Of a DNA stretch of 64,000 bases, positions 24,142 to 37,904 are shown one piece after another (positions within the stretch are counted from its first letter, which is position 1; every line of letters starts with the position of its first letter). Location: positions 55,490,001-55,554,000 of the forward strand of contig OZ296657.1 of assembly GCA_965655095.1 (NCBI GenBank). The letters are read 5' to 3'. The position numbers and the translations under genes are program-made. The stretch is from Haplodiscus bocki (Eukaryota). Below the pieces are notes generated by a model. The model was not told the origin of the DNA. It was given only the letters and a program-made list of their open reading frames with translations, and did no database searches.

Positions 24142-27100
24142 ATGCCCGGTCTCAATCGCAACGAAAAAGTTACTAGCTAATTCTATGGAAGGCAAACTGG
24201 AAAAGGGAAGATAGACCCACACAAATAAAATGTTCTGCTGGGAGGTTTCGTTTTCCCAAAGTTCCAATTTCTCATCAAAAAACCAATTTATTTCAAATTA
24301 TCACGTTGCCAAAGAACATTCTATAAAAATTTGCGAAGCAGTCCAAAACGCAAAGCTTCTCATGAAAAGTTTTATTTATAAACACGCTAAGGCAAACGTC
24401 AAGAGCGTGACCCGAAACATCAATCAACGACCCGAACAAATGTAGTCAATTAAATTGTGACTGGACGATGTTAGTTTCAAAGAGGGTGAAATGCAAACCT
24501 GTAAGCTTTTCCTTGAAATTGTAAATAAGAAGAATGGGAGAGATAGATTTTTTATTTTCGTTACGAACAATTAGGACAAAGATCTTTTGATTAAAGAGTT
24601 ACATCTTGTTTTTGACAGCCTCAACTGCGTACCCCAGATGAATGTGGCAAAGGCCTTGTGCTCAAAAACTTCGAATAAAGGGGTTCAGTCGTTGTTACTA
24701 TGCATACGAAAACAAAAAAACGTTGGAGTTGTCTGAACATATAGCTACTGCAAAATATTTAACTAGACTTAAGGCTTTATAAGGTAGCACAGATGTTAGT
24801 GAGTAATGTTCGTGATAACGAGGCAACATTGTATGGAAAATTTACAGACTTTCACGTCTGACATTTTTTGCTGCATTGCTCATGGAAGGAGCCATGAGGT
24901 CCTTTTATGATGTATTGCCAGAATCACCAATTAAAAATTTTTGTGGCAGTTTTTTACCATTTGAGCAAAACACTCGCAAAACAATACTTTGATGGTTTTT
25001 GTCTCTTTATAACTGTAGCTTTACTTTTGTACAAGAACAGAGACTCGAAGAAAAAAATTTCAATTTGTTCAAACACTTCTGGAAAAGACTGGTAGCGCTG
25101 ATCGTACGAACCCTCGAGTGATTGAATAGAAAAAGCTCTAACAACAAGGGGTTTATTAAAAAGGGGTTCTCCTGTACACTCTGACATTGTGAATGGAGCA
25201 TGGACTGGTGAGCTGCGAGTATAAGTAAAGAGAAACTTTCTAGTACTGTACGATTGCTAGGTTAAATGTTTATAACTGCAGCGTTTCCAAAGCTAATTTG
25301 CCCTCTACAACCTACAGCTGCCCTTCATGTCTTCCTGTTTTTAAAAAATCTGTGAACCTGAATTAACACCTGACAAATTTTCGAAGAAGCGTTCAACAAT
25401 CTTTTGCGTAGAACGTGTATCAACTACTGGAAACGCTGTTGGACAGAATGGGTTTCGTAGGATTCCTTGCAAAGATGATCAAAAATTTGTCCCAGACATG
25501 GCAGCCTTCGATTTTGAGTCAACCAGTCTGCTGGAAAACAAAACCTGTGATAGTGATACCCACACTCGGCTAGGTAAGAACCTGCCAAGTTTTGGACCAT
25601 TATCATCCAAACTGATAGAAGCTCCACTTTTCTCTATGCAGTTTTAGCCCGAGGGACTTAACTGAATCAATTGGGGATGCTCTTGTTGGGTGAGCTGTAC
25701 AAAACAAGTCGCAAACAGAAATGAAGTTTTCGGAGGATAAGATTAGTGTAATTTGCAAATTGAATCATGTTTTCTCAAGTGTCAATCAACGTCATTGTCG
25801 TAGAGAGCAGGTTTTCAATTTTGAAGACCAGTGTTTCGAGGAGCACGTACAAAGAACGGAATGCATAAACGTAGTTTTCACAAATGGAAATGAATCAATT
25901 TACTGATTGGTGGTGTCTTTTAGAAAGATGTTGCAAAAAAGTTCTTGTCTGTTGCTTCAAAAGTGCAAATAACTTCATAAACTTGATGAAAGTTATGTGA
26001 TACCTCTAACAGTAAAAAAACAAGAGGTTGAACTGGCAGTGATCAGGAAGGTGAATCAAACAGGGTTTTCCAATTTGAGTGCATTTCGATTGGTAGATAG
26101 AACGAAATTTCTCGAAAAAGTTACGAGCTTTGTTTCCGTTGTGATAGCCTACAGAACAACTGGGGTCAGAAATTGTTCCCCGAGGCTGGTTTCTGCCGTC
26201 CAGAAAAACTGAACGGTACTCGAATCCTCCTTTGTAAAGCTGTCTCTGACAAACTTGGGGACAAGAATTTCCATGATTTTTTTTCACATTTTTGGGGTCT
26301 TTGAGAGAGAAACCTTACAGCCGAGAAAGCATTTTCTAAATTGAAATTGAATTACTCGTTTCCACGTGGACGAAAGAAATTACAAGTTTTCGTTGAACGT
26401 ATGGGAGTATTGAAACGCCTGCACCACCAAAATTTTTTCACGCTGGTATTTCAGTAAAGACTTGGTTCCAACGTTAAATGCTTTGCAAAAAAGAGAGAAG
26501 ATCGAATTTTACCGCATAAAGGAACAAACATGTTGAAACTCGGATGCATTCTGCCAAACTGAGTTTTTTTCCTTGTTCACAAGTCAACGTTCGCTTGTTT
26601 TTGTCCATTTGAAGAATGCCAAACAAGTTTGTTTGAGGAAGTACGTAAAGACATGACTAGTGGTCTATCCATTGTGTTAACGAAAAACGTGTTCTAAACA
26701 AAACTTTTGTTTGTGAATCTCGCAGCAACTGCAAGGCCATCCTTACAGATGTTGCTAGTCAGCTCTAATGAAATTCTTTGTGTCAACGAGGCCTCCCGGA
26801 CTATGTATCCTAGACTCCGAATCTTGGAAGCTTAAATCACGTCAAAAGAAGACAGAAGATTTAGAAAAAAATGGCAATGTCAAACTCTCAAAAAATCAGA
26901 ACAAAACCTAATGTGGAATTTTCCTACAAAACGGGCACGCAAGAAAAAGTGTTGCGCAAAAAATTGAAGGTTTTAGATTCCACTGCATAACTGTGTGTTA
27001 AGCTATGGCATGTTTTGGTAAAGCTTTTCGTTTTGAAGAAGGGGGGCTTTTCCTTACTAACGAAGAACTTCAATGGATGTCGAAAAGAGAGAGCTGAACG

Positions 27101-28425
27101 AAATTTGGAACAAAGTAAAAAGTAGAGAAAAGTTATGACGTCGTTGAGAATGGGACTGGTGGGAAATGGGGAAGTCACTTAATTTTATCAAGGAGCATCT
27201 GCGCGAGTCTTTGGCCTAAAAAATCTTCTGAGAGAAGGACAAATTTTCGCAGTAGATCAAAGAATGCGGACTCTTGAGTTACGAACAATGTGATATTGAA
27301 GTTCCAGAGGAACTTCAGGAAAGCTTTGATCCTTTTTTCCACCGACTTGCGAAAGCAATATTGTCGGCAGAAAAGATATTGGTCCGCTGGAAGAAGATTT
27401 TTGACCCCACCTAGATGAATGCTAAAACCGAGCTTTTTCATCGAAAACAAAAATCATTTCACCGTTGTTGCTCTTTTAATTGCATTTCGGGTTGGTTTGT
27501 TTCAAAAAATGTTTTGTGAAGTGCGCTCCAATGAACTGTTTCCGCGATTTTTTTCTGCAACTCCGGTGAATGCTACAAGGAAGAGAGACAAGAATCCGAA
27601 GTTTAATTTTGTGGCTGAAAGAATGAAGGTGAAGGCTATCCGTTCTTATGGGTACCAGATGATGAATCGGAGTTGATTACAGTAAGGAAATGTTTCAATG
27701 ATGAAATTTTGCACGGTGCCATCAACCACTTAACGTTTATATTCTTTAGCTTTTTAAAGAATCACTTTCATGTAAGAGGATTTTCGAGACATAAGTTGAA
27801 CTTGAAGAACCGACCATTCAAGAATTTTTCAATTTGCAATATCGACAACCAAAAATGCTAGAGCTATATTCTAACCTTTGTGAAAAATATATCGATGTTT
27901 CAAAGTTTGATGAGCTCGAGACCAAGAAAATTTTTTTCTTTAGCCTTAACCGAGCGACACTTGTACTAGTGTGTCTGACCAACAATGGATACGGAAAGGG
28001 CTCCTTTGCGAATCGAACACTGTGGAGATGATTTTTTCTTGCATCCCAACAAGCATTTTTTTCCTTTTGTTCGTGCACAAACAACAAGAAACAAGATAAT
28101 CAAGAATGTGGTCTCTCTGAAGAAGTATTGTTTGGATCGAAGTGAAATGTCTGTGTAGCAGAACTTCTGGTGGTAATGACTTTGTCAGATAAGTTCAATT
28201 TTGAAATCAAAAAGTTTCAGAGGAAACGCTTAAGGTATCGATGGTCCCATGTCCAAATACTGGGTTAAATCGGAATAAAGTGTTAAGTTTTCATAGCCAA
28301 AAAGAAGCGTTCGTACAACACAACAAGCAGCCACCATAATTTGAGCGAATGAAGAACGGATTGTCAGTTTTTTGTCTCAAAACATTCTTCAGCATTTCGA
28401 AACAGACATTCGTCCCGTTTAGTAA
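24142..28425 (+). pseudogene. Protein-primed DNA polymerase B of Polinton module 2, full-length but heavily disrupted
   Basis: N-terminal Zn-finger-like NYHVAKEH; ExoI AFDFES (~25505); MTSGLSIV and DVASQL (~26650-26770); KVKAIRSYGYQMM (~27625-27665, K...NS.YG motif); PKMLELYSN..FDELETKK (position of DTDS); GLS.F..K-like C-terminus. Confidence 0.9.
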
Positions 28426-28899
28426 CACCTTTTAAATATCATTGTAAGGTTTCAATAATAATCAGTTACTGATCGTAGTTTTGTTTGTATTCTTCAATAA
28501 CGTTTCATATTTTAAATAACTTTTTCATATGGCTTCAAGACATAGGAGTATACGCATGCGTAACATTTACTACTTGTTGTCAGAACAAATCGCTTACGTC
28601 CAGAAAAAACCGCTGACGTCAGAAAAATGAGGTCTCACGGGACCCCGTTAAGAAAAGTCAGAGTTCTCGAAAGGTCACAGCCGAAACATTGGTTGAGCTT
28701 CTTAACTTAGTTTTTTTCTGATTTTGACTCCAGGTTTCTTTCAGACAGAATTTGGGCTCCGGCTGCTCTCTCATTACACTACCTACGTTAAAACGATTAC
28801 TCAGAATCACCAAAAGTTTGCATTGAACCGACTTTAACACCATCTTGCAACACGGATGAGCCCATTTCCTTTTTTGTCAAAACGACGCACTATGGCCTG

Positions 28900-30300
28900 T
28901 TCTATTACATCAACAAACTAGAGCTATTTTTGATACATTGACGGAGCTCCAAGTTGAGCTCCAAGACTTGTGTCTTTCTCAATACATGGATTGGACCTAC
29001 AATCTCACTCATCCAATGGTGGCTTTCGTTTGATAATCCCTGCAACGCTTGCTTTCATTTCATTGGTTATGAAAAAATTTTCAATGCAAAGCTCTTAACA
29101 CTGCTTTGTATAAACACATTTATATTCCATGCTTTGATGGGCCCAAACTTTCCCAGGCCAAAACCTTTGGGATGCGAAAAATTAGATGTGTTACTTTTCT
29201 CAATGTTATCCGCGATTATCTTTCCCTGAGCATCATTTTAAGCCTTCGAGGTTTTCGACTTGATCCCAGCTACCAACCCAAAAATTTTAGCTCAAGGTGT
29301 CTATGTTTGAATACTTGAGCTGGGTTGTGATAGTTAGTTCATCTTAGCCAAGATAAGTGGACAGATTTTGAAAAATCGGTAACAATCCAGTTTAATTCTT
29401 GGCAAACACTTTGGAGTCAATCGTTTTTTTTTGCTGGATTCTGGTAACAATCATTTTGCATAGCAGATCACTTGGTTTGATTTAATGTTTTTCGCCATAA
29501 AAAAGAACGTGGAAGCGAAATAATCCACTCAAGCGGGCAATTTCCGAGCTTTTTCCCACTGGATGTTTGCCAATTGCGTTTAAACTGAAACGATGTTCGT
29601 TCACAATCCTGACCGTGAAGAATAATCTTCACCATTTTGTTGCAAATTTCCCGTGGAAAGTGATTGAAATAGAAAGAGCTCTCGAAGGTTTCAATTTATG
29701 GTTTTCTTGGAAAAGTAGATGAAACTTTTGGAAAAAAACTCGGAAAAACTTCAAGGTTGCTAGAAGTGGCTGATTTTTTCTGGAAGGCGTCTCAAAAAGT
29801 ATTTTTTTAAAAAAAAACCTCCTACCTTCTTTTTCATTTTTGATGACTCAAAATCAAAAGAATATTTGACTTGAAAAAACATATGAAAAGTAGAAAACGT
29901 AAGGAAGAAAAGTTTCCTGAAAAAAATGTTTTCGTCTTTCTGAAAGGCTGTTTTAACAAAGAGGAAGGGCACAAAAAGTCGCGATGTGAGGTGGGTCTGT
30001 TGTTAGAAAATTCCTAGCACCAGGATTGATTTTTTTTTCGGGCTTGGAGTAAGCGTCATGATTTTAACTGAAATCAAGAAGTGCTACGGGGTCATCATTG
30101 GCGATGAAAGATCAACTTCTTGGACACTTCAGCCAGGAATTATTGTGTTTGTAATCTACTTTGATTTTGGTAAGTGAATATTTGAAGTGAAACCCTTCAT
30201 TGACGTGGCACCACATTCATTATCAAAGTTTTTATCCTTTGCCGATACTTTTTTGACATGATCCGCAAAACCGGGCTTTGAGTGCTATTTTCCAATGAAT
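28900..30300 (-). mobile_element. Degenerate non-LTR retrotransposon (LINE) RT remnant
   Basis: Ordered weak motifs: KP.K..NNRPTS (YRPISL), VICYAK* (YADD position), RIKL, LKFLG. Confidence 0.4.
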
Positions 30301-30619
30301 CCTTACATTTAGCTAAACGTTAGCAGGATCAAAGTCAAATTCCTTTCGTTTCCTAAGTGCCCTCTCTGAAACTAATCGATTGTGATTTCTAGAAGTATGT
30401 AGTCTCGAGTATTCATATGCTGGCAGAAACGGGGGCATTTGGAGTATTTCTACCGCGTTAAAAAATGTTTCGGTATTGTTCTGGCGTTGGCTTGTAATGG
30501 TGTTAAAATGTCCGTCACAAAAATGGAAACGTATTTGTCTAGACATATACTCTTACTGTACTAGTGAAAACCGAAAAACGTGTTTGTCTGGGTTTTTTTC
30601 ACGATTTCACGAGATTAAT

Positions 30620-31870
30620 TGTTTTTAAAGCCATTTTCTTACTGTTGCAGAGAACCTATGATGCAAACCGGTTCGTCAATTCCCAGAAGATCAACTCCTC
30701 TTCTTGAGAAGCTTATTGCGACTGTGGCTTTGTTTTGTTCCTGCAAAATTGAGTTGAAGTTCATCTGTGCGACTAGTGCTTGTTCGTTGTCGAAATATTT
30801 CGTTTCGTTTCTTTCGTCTGGTACTGCACTCAAGGTCTCCCATCTGATATCGCGGAAGTGTCAAACAGGAGTTATTGTTTTTGTTTCTCAAGTGTTGTTT
30901 ATGTTTTCTTCCCTGTTGTTGATGCTGCTGCTGCTGTTTTAGTAAACACCGTTCAAAACTAGTTGGAAACATAAACTATCAAATGCAGACGTTTGTTATC
31001 AGGGCGAAATCTCAAGTGATTCAAAACCGATGGTGACATTATTTTCAGTGAACTTCGCCCCTGAGTTTAACACTTAACTGACATTTTAATTTGACATAAA
31101 CGTTTTGGAAAGCACGAATCGACTCTGGAGTGCACGTCTTCGGTTATAAAGATCCAATTTTACTGTGCAACCATTCCCGAACTCGATGTGTCTATTTTTC
31201 ATTTTGAAGAAACAGTCATGAAACAAATCAATTATTGGTTCTGATACATTATTTTTTAAACGTTTCTCAGCATTGTGGTAATAATTATGAGCAACCCAAA
31301 TGTAGAGAGGTTTCGTGTCTTCTGTATCCATGTTTAGGTGCAGCTGATATGTTTCACAGTAGATTATAGAAAATTCATCAACCCAGCAAGCTGAACAGTA
31401 TCTCACCACTGTACAATTTGCCACGTCTGGATGAGTCATCAAATGACCAAAAAGTTTCCGAGTAGATCTTTTGTTACTTTCCCTTCTGAGTTCAGGGTCC
31501 CGCAATTGACGGCCCAAAACTCCAAATTCTGCTGATCCTCTCGAGTTGGAGAACAAAAGTTTTTGTGTAACATTGAAATCAAGCGAATTTGATTTGGTGT
31601 ATTTGGAAACGACATATGTTCTTCGCAGTTTTTGCTTTTTCCATTGCTTTCCCATCTAAACTTTGAGCAAATTCGACTTCAGCTATTTTTATTCGATTTA
31701 GTCCCAGAATAAAGATGTTTGTGTTTATGAAAATATAAGAATTTGTCAAAGTGAGGTGAAAAAATTTCCCTGGTAATGGTTGTCCCAACACCTAGTTTCG
31801 TTTATCCCTGATCCTGCGTGTTCTCCAACAGGAACGAATCAAAGCAGTCTCCTCATTCTCTGCTTGTTCC
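30620..31870 (-). pseudogene. Polinton ATPase (with internal deletion) plus two downstream ORFs (module 3)
   Basis: ORF 31086-31655: SLDFNVTQKLLFSNSRGSAEFGVLGRQL...STRKLFGHLMTHPD..VRYCS, reading into IIDLFHDCFFKMKNRHI. Upstream VGEHAGSG and VEFAQSLD. Confidence 0.8.
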
Positions 31871-32449
31871 TTTTTTTGGGTCAGTTTAATTATGACAGTT
31901 CATTATGGGTCAGTTCAGTTGTGAATAAAGTTACAAAAATCAGATTAAATTTTAAAAGTATTAGTTTCACAGAAGGAGACTTAACTAATCGAGATTTCTC
32001 ATGGCAGCAGGAAATGAAGCTAAATGGAGGCCTCTCTTGATTTCTGTCCTCAAAGAATATTCAGCCAGAGTTGTACTGTAAAAAGTGTGCTAAGTCAGTT
32101 TGATCTAACTCTCACTTTTGAAACAAATGACTATCACTATAGTAACCAATAAAAAAACTCGAGTCCTCGTCGGTTGTGGTTACAAATGCGAAAAAGTATG
32201 TTTACGACACACTGGTTTTTGATCCTAAACGAAACAAAAATCAAAAAAAGAAAAGTCCGAAAGATTTCGGCGCTGAAAATTTTGACTAAACTCCAGAACA
32301 ACAATCCGAACAAAAGAACAGGTAATATGGTGTTCTTAAAATGTTTTCCGCTGATTATTGCGTAAACGTTGACAGGTAATTTTAAATGCCGCTACCTAGG
32401 TAACGACACGCATTACGAAAAAAGTATGGCTGTGGAAACGCCAGGTAAA

Positions 32450-33500
32450 ATTTGAAACTTTAAGAGGCGTTCATAACAGACTCTAAATTTTTCTTCAAAA
32501 AATGCTTGGAAATTCGCACCGTGCAAGTCCATAGTATCGTCTTATAACCAGGAAAGCTTTTGTCAGTTCTTAAGCTCTTCGAAAATCAATAGCCAGGTTT
32601 TCCGAATGTTTCACAACTTTTCTACGAGAAAAAGTCAAAACGTTTTTGTGAGAGGAGTGTTTGACCCTCGAAAAGTTTTTGACAAAAATGATTTGTCGAA
32701 AAAATTTCTCGGTAACGAAATGTCATATCTTTGTTTTCATCGTGAACAGAAAAAAGTATTGGAAAGTAGGTGCTGTTTTTTTTTCAGATGCTGCCTCCAT
32801 ATGTCAAAGAGGTTGATTCAAGCAGTCGAGACACAAGCACCGTTCACTGTTGACACCCAAAACATTATCTATCGTTCGACTAGGAAGAGAGGAATTCATT
32901 TGCTCAAAGTGCTTCTATAAATTGTCATGGGATGAGTTTACTGTATCTCTGAAGGGCTCTTTTGATTAATCTGCTTCAAGAAACCGTTCAAAGGCGTAAA
33001 ATGCTTCGTCTGCATCAACTCAAGTTTCCTGTAAGCTATGCTTTGCGCACTCCCATATGGAGAATCGAATTTATAACTCAACACTTCTGATGTTTTCTGT
33101 ATGGTTCGAGGTTGCATCGTTTCACTTGCGGCGAAGACACTTAGACTCTTCGCCTCAGCTTTCAAAACACTCTTTGGATATGAAACAGTTGATAACTTAA
33201 AACGAGCCTTCTTTATGGTTGACAAAACTTGTGTAACGTTTGATTCAACAGATGCTCCGTTTTGATGTTGTTGGGAATGTATAATGGAACTTGATGATCA
33301 TTGCATGGCAGTCTGCAACACACGTCTTCTAAAACTCGAACTGTTTCTTTGCTTCCGCCCTGTTGTCGGGTGGTATACTGAGCAGTCTCTGAAGATACTA
33401 AAATCTTCAACTCATATGACAAAGGGGGAAACATCAGGTCAGGCATTACTTTATGCAGTCTCTGATAAGTTTTTTGGTCAAGTGCTGAGATTCTATCAGC
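32450..33500 (+). mobile_element. Possible degenerate LINE RT remnant
   Basis: CLEI..V, SSY.....SKLFE and GVFDPRKVFD (cf. F.DL.KAFD) occur in the expected order. Confidence 0.3.
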
Positions 33501-34513
33501 GTAAAACGAAATAAAACAATAGCTCCATGGTTCTTCTAGGAAAACTGTAGGAAGTTACTTGGTTTCGATTTGGGACAGTGGTAAACAAATTTCAAAGTTG
33601 GTTTGTCAAAATGTAACTTGGTCTTTATGGAGGTTAATTTGTAGGAAAGTTAGCTTTAACAACATCGAAAGATACCTTTTCGCCGTCGATTAACCGAAGT
33701 TCTCGTACATGACCGCCAATTGATCTTGAAATGCTTCTTGAATGGTTCGGTTTTCTGCAATAGAACTGAAACGGAAAATTCGGTGGAACCCCGACACCTT
33801 CGGTGAGTGGTATGGGATGGGGGGGGGGGTCAGTTCACAATTTCACCCTCCCTACAAGAATGTCGAATTTTAATGATCCAATTACAAAATAGTGAAACAA
33901 AATTACGATCAAAGCTCAAAATCTCACTCCATTTTCCTTGTTGACTTAACATTATCAAGTTCGCATAAACAAACATCATTTTCCTTGGGAACTACATTTC
34001 AATGCAAAACGTCACAGATTTTACCCTAAAACCGGAATTTTTCAAGAAAAAAAATTCAATAGCTCAACAGTGCTTAAACCTTCAGCAAGAGAAGGCATTT
34101 TCCAGGATCATGTTGTCGAAGCGCTTCATTACCAGTTGCACTTCACCACCATTTTTTGCTTGGAAACGCTTGAGTTATTGTTGAAAATTGACGTTACAAC
34201 ATTAACAAAGCGTACATTAACTTCATCATGCGAGAAGGAGCAGCGTGCAGCTTGAGCAGGCAGAAGGTAATTGAACACGGTTTTTGATTACTGTTGATTT
34301 TGTTTTGTAAAATGAAGAGCTGACGATGAAACACCTATACAAGAAAACCGCAGTAATTTGCTCCAAAAGGTTTTGACTGAAATTTTCCATGAAACACTCT
34401 CATTGGGCAAAGCTTTGAAAATTTCCCACATACAAAGTTGAATTTACAGATAGGAACAGAAAACCAAACAAATGGAGAACCATTCCATCTTCTGTCACAG
34501 CAAAATCAAGTGG

Positions 34514-34517
<4 letters not shown>

Positions 34518-34590
<73 letters not shown>

Positions 34591-34599
34591 CCTCTCTCT
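34518..34599. repeat. (CT)n microsatellite, ~40 units with few interruptions
   Basis: Direct reading. Confidence 0.98.
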
Positions 34600-34649
34600 T
34601 CCTGTCTTTTTCTCCTTGAAACGCATTTACTGGATTAAAAATCCCAATT

Positions 34650-36200
34650 GACTTCAGAAAAAAACTTCCATGTACAGAAATACTAGCAGAGTATTGGTTT
34701 CTATTGCTTGAAATAAACAGGGCACTTTGACAAGGGGAACTATGACCATTTTCAGCCACACTGCGGAAACTTCCAGTCGAGCCATTAGCACGTGTTGTTA
34801 CAATTGCCTTAAATGACTACTGTTGAGGGGAAATTAAATTCAACTTTGGCAAAATCACTTTCAGCATGCCAAGTAGCGTCTCCAAAACACTTATCGTAAT
34901 CTATCCAGAAAACTTCCTCAAAACGGAAAATTGCCTCTTGAAATCGTGCCCCCAAAGCCTCAATATTATGCTCAAAGTGTTCTCGTAAAAACAACCACTT
35001 TATTTCTGCCTACAGCATCTCGACTACAGATTCCGGTTCAAAATGAGCATAGATAACTGTCAAACAACTGATTTGTTTCAATCTTTCGGTACTACTTCAA
35101 AATTGCTTTTCATTTTACATACCTCAAAAGAAAATATAAAAAACAGCGCATGTTTTTTTGACGACATCAAAGAAAAGGTATTACCAGATGAAGTTCTCAA
35201 AACAAAGAGGGCAAATAAAAGCAAGCAAAGAAGAACTTCCGGAAAAAACGTGTTTCAAGAAGGTCTACCTCAGCAGAAACCAACAAATTTTGTCCTCTGG
35301 GACGTGTACGAATCTATTGAAAGTACTCCTGCCTTCCGTTCAGAGTCTATTGAAAAATTGTCATGGAATCAAACGAATGTCTGGAAGAACCACTCCTCAA
35401 TGCCAAAAATGAAAGTAAATCGCTCATTTGCAGACACAAAACGGATTCTGAATATGTTGTTCTGGTGGCACAATCAAGAACATCACCCACCCAACACATT
35501 TTGAATAAAGTGAACTTGGTTGAGTTAAACAATAGCAAAGTTGTCACAAAAGCCTCTGATGTCTTTTGTCGAAGTTTCAAGATAGAATCAGCTCCCAAAA
35601 AGAAACTTTGTTGACAAAACCAGACAAATTCAGGCCAATCAAAAGAGCAAAAGACGATGCGCTTTTGTCAGGGTTCCTTCAATGAAGAGTAGCTGGCGGC
35701 AAGGTTTTTGAGCGAAGAATTCTAAACTTTACAAATTGATTGACCAGCAAGACACTGCAAAAGTTCCAACAGATTCCTTATAACTAATACAGACATCCAC
35801 AGCAGCACTGCCAATGAGCTATGAAACCATTTTACAGACACTTTTTGCCACATTACTTGGTTCTGAAGCCACATGTGAAGTGGTTTCACCTGGCCCAACA
35901 AGAGAACTGGACGGTTGTTAGCAGAACAACTTTTTTTGTACAACAATACGATATTTTAGAAGGAAAAATTAAAACTCGAGAAATCAACTAATTGACTGAG
36001 CCTTTACTTAATGTCATCAGAAGAAAAAACCAACTACTGTGGATCAAGCAAAACGAAACAGAGATGGACCAACATCGAGAGCTCCTGTTTTGTGTCACAT
36101 TTGTTGTGGGTTCACTTCAAATGCAGCGGTTTCAACAAAAAAAGGACTATCACGGAATTTCTCTTTGCACCAAATGTTCGGAAAATCGAGCTTTGACAAA
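34650..36200 (+). pseudogene. Polinton ATPase remnant plus two downstream ORFs (module 4)
   Basis: YDHFQPH, NHFQHAK..SKT, FISAYSISTT; then TSKENIKNSACFFDDI and DSEYVVLV..QHILN; directly upstream of the integrase. Confidence 0.45.
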
Positions 36201-36229
36201 CGAACACGCGTTTTCCAACGTGCACAACA

Positions 36230-37140
36230 TAAATCATAACAGCTACACTAACGTCAAAGAATGCTGGTGCTTTCGGGTGCAGAGCCAACTTGATCAAGAC
36301 TTCAAATATCACGCCACCTAAAATCGATAAAATTTTAAACTTTAGCGAAACCGACACTGAATTCGAACAAAAGCTGAAAAAATTCAGTAGATTGAAAATA
36401 ATTGTAAGCTGTCGATTGAGAGGGATCTGGTTGGTCTAATTGTCTGATATGCAGCAGCTAGCCAGACAAAATGGAGGTGTGAAAAATTTTTGTGTGAGTG
36501 TTGACTTATTGAGTTACTACCTAAGGGTGCACCCGTTGAAAATCATAACTTCTAACGCTCGCAAAGTAGCTCTGCAGCTTATCGTTGCGATGAACATCTG
36601 CAAAAATAACTCGATCATTATTTGCACCCAAACATCCCAACGGTAAAAAGTTTGGGTCGAACAGAATATTTCCACAGGATTTTGCAACAAAAAGGCATTG
36701 CGATGTATCGGACAGTTATTGATGAGACAAAATCGGCTCTTGCTGAACGGAATATTAGGTCAATAAAAAACTAACTTTCAATTTCATGCAAGAAAAGGAC
36801 AGCAGCGTCTACTTTGACCAGCTAGCGGATTTCGTTGCTATCAATAACACGCGAGTCAAACGGATGACGCGGCTGGCTCAGAAGTCAGTTGACCAGTCAA
36901 ATATTCTTTCTCTAAACTTGCTCTTCCACACAAACTGTTTTTGGAATCCAAAAATCAAAATTGGTCACAATTTTTGCATCAGAAGCAAAGTTAAACTTCC
37001 CATCGAGGCTATTGAATACAGACAACAGAAGAGCTTCTTGAAATTGTAAGTGTGGCCACAAGAGACCCACCAAGTAACCGTAAGGGACTCTGAAAACCTA
37101 ACCATTCAAGTCAGGTTTCTTTAAGCTAACTCGGGTTGAA
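36230..37140 (+). pseudogene. Polinton RVE integrase (module 4)
   Basis: IWLV*LSDMQQLARQNGGVKNFCVSVDLLSYYLRVHPLK; KVWVEQ; ETKSALAERNIRSIK; PKIKIG; EELLEIVSVATRDPP. Confidence 0.9.
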
Positions 37141-37199
37141 CCAACAGCGAGGTGCGAAAGCACATGCAACAACAACAACAACAAAATCTCAAAACAGGA

Positions 37200-37900
37200 A
37201 GCGAATTCCCCATGAATTTCGATATCCAACTCATCGACGTCTACCTTCACCGGGAAGACCAAGGCTAGTTTCACGACGCTTTGACTTAATCCCATTAATG
37301 TAACAGAAAAAAAGACCGTCGCACTCATTGAAATTTCCTGGATTTTCGCAAAAACTGTACTGACAGGTGAATAAGCAGTAATTCCAGCAGTCGGCGCGAA
37401 GGAAACGGAGGATAAACAAATGCTGAAATGGTTGTGATGACCTTGATTTGATCAGTGCACACAGTGAAAAACAGCCAATTTGCTTGCTTCGTAGTTTCGA
37501 AACAACCGGTAGAGCAGTGTCAAAAACGATAAAACTGATACGCAAACGTAAGAATAAACCAAAGCAACTTTGTGAGTCATCAGCAGCCGAGAAGTTTCGA
37601 CTAATACCCGGTCGCTGTTCCACAGTGCATGCAATCATGGCTGCTTTTTCCAAAACTATTTCAGACAAAAAATACAGTTACATTTGTTTTCAGGGGACAT
37701 TAACTGCGACACTCATGAAATGGTTACAAAATATAACGGTCCTGCAAAGTAGGTTGTCGTGATTAAGCCTATTTCTGAGGATCTCCGAATCATTTTGGGA
37801 ATGAACATGTTCACCAAGTGTAAATGGTTGCTCTTTGGTTTGCAGCATATAGAAATTTTACATCCTGCCCCAAAGACTGACTGTTCACTGGCCTTGAAAC
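37200..37900 (+). pseudogene. Polinton minor capsid (penton), 3'-truncated (module 4)
   Basis: ISNSSTSTFTGKTKASFTTL*..VALIEISW; LIPGRCSTVHAIM; SEDLRIILG. Confidence 0.75.
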
Positions 37901-37904
37901 TCAG

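Larger units (their letters stand above)
13200..28430. mobile_element. Near-complete but decayed Polinton/Maverick (module 2): MCP, basic ORF, penton, integrase, two ORFs, ATPase, exonuclease-like and accessory ORFs on minus; pPolB on plus
   Basis: Co-linear hallmark gene remnants, listed individually below. TIRs were not identified. Confidence 0.8.

Noticed and set aside
28590-28660. Possible Polinton terminal inverted repeat after pPolB
   Set aside because: No AG/AGT-repeat terminus or matching inverted partner was found in the window.
31086-31655. 189-aa ORF as a functional or novel fusion protein
   Set aside because: Read-through of a deleted ATPase C-terminus into the next viral ORF; Walker motifs are missing.
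34400-34759. ORFs with ERERER / LSLSLS tracts
   Set aside because: Translation artefacts of the (CT)n microsatellite.
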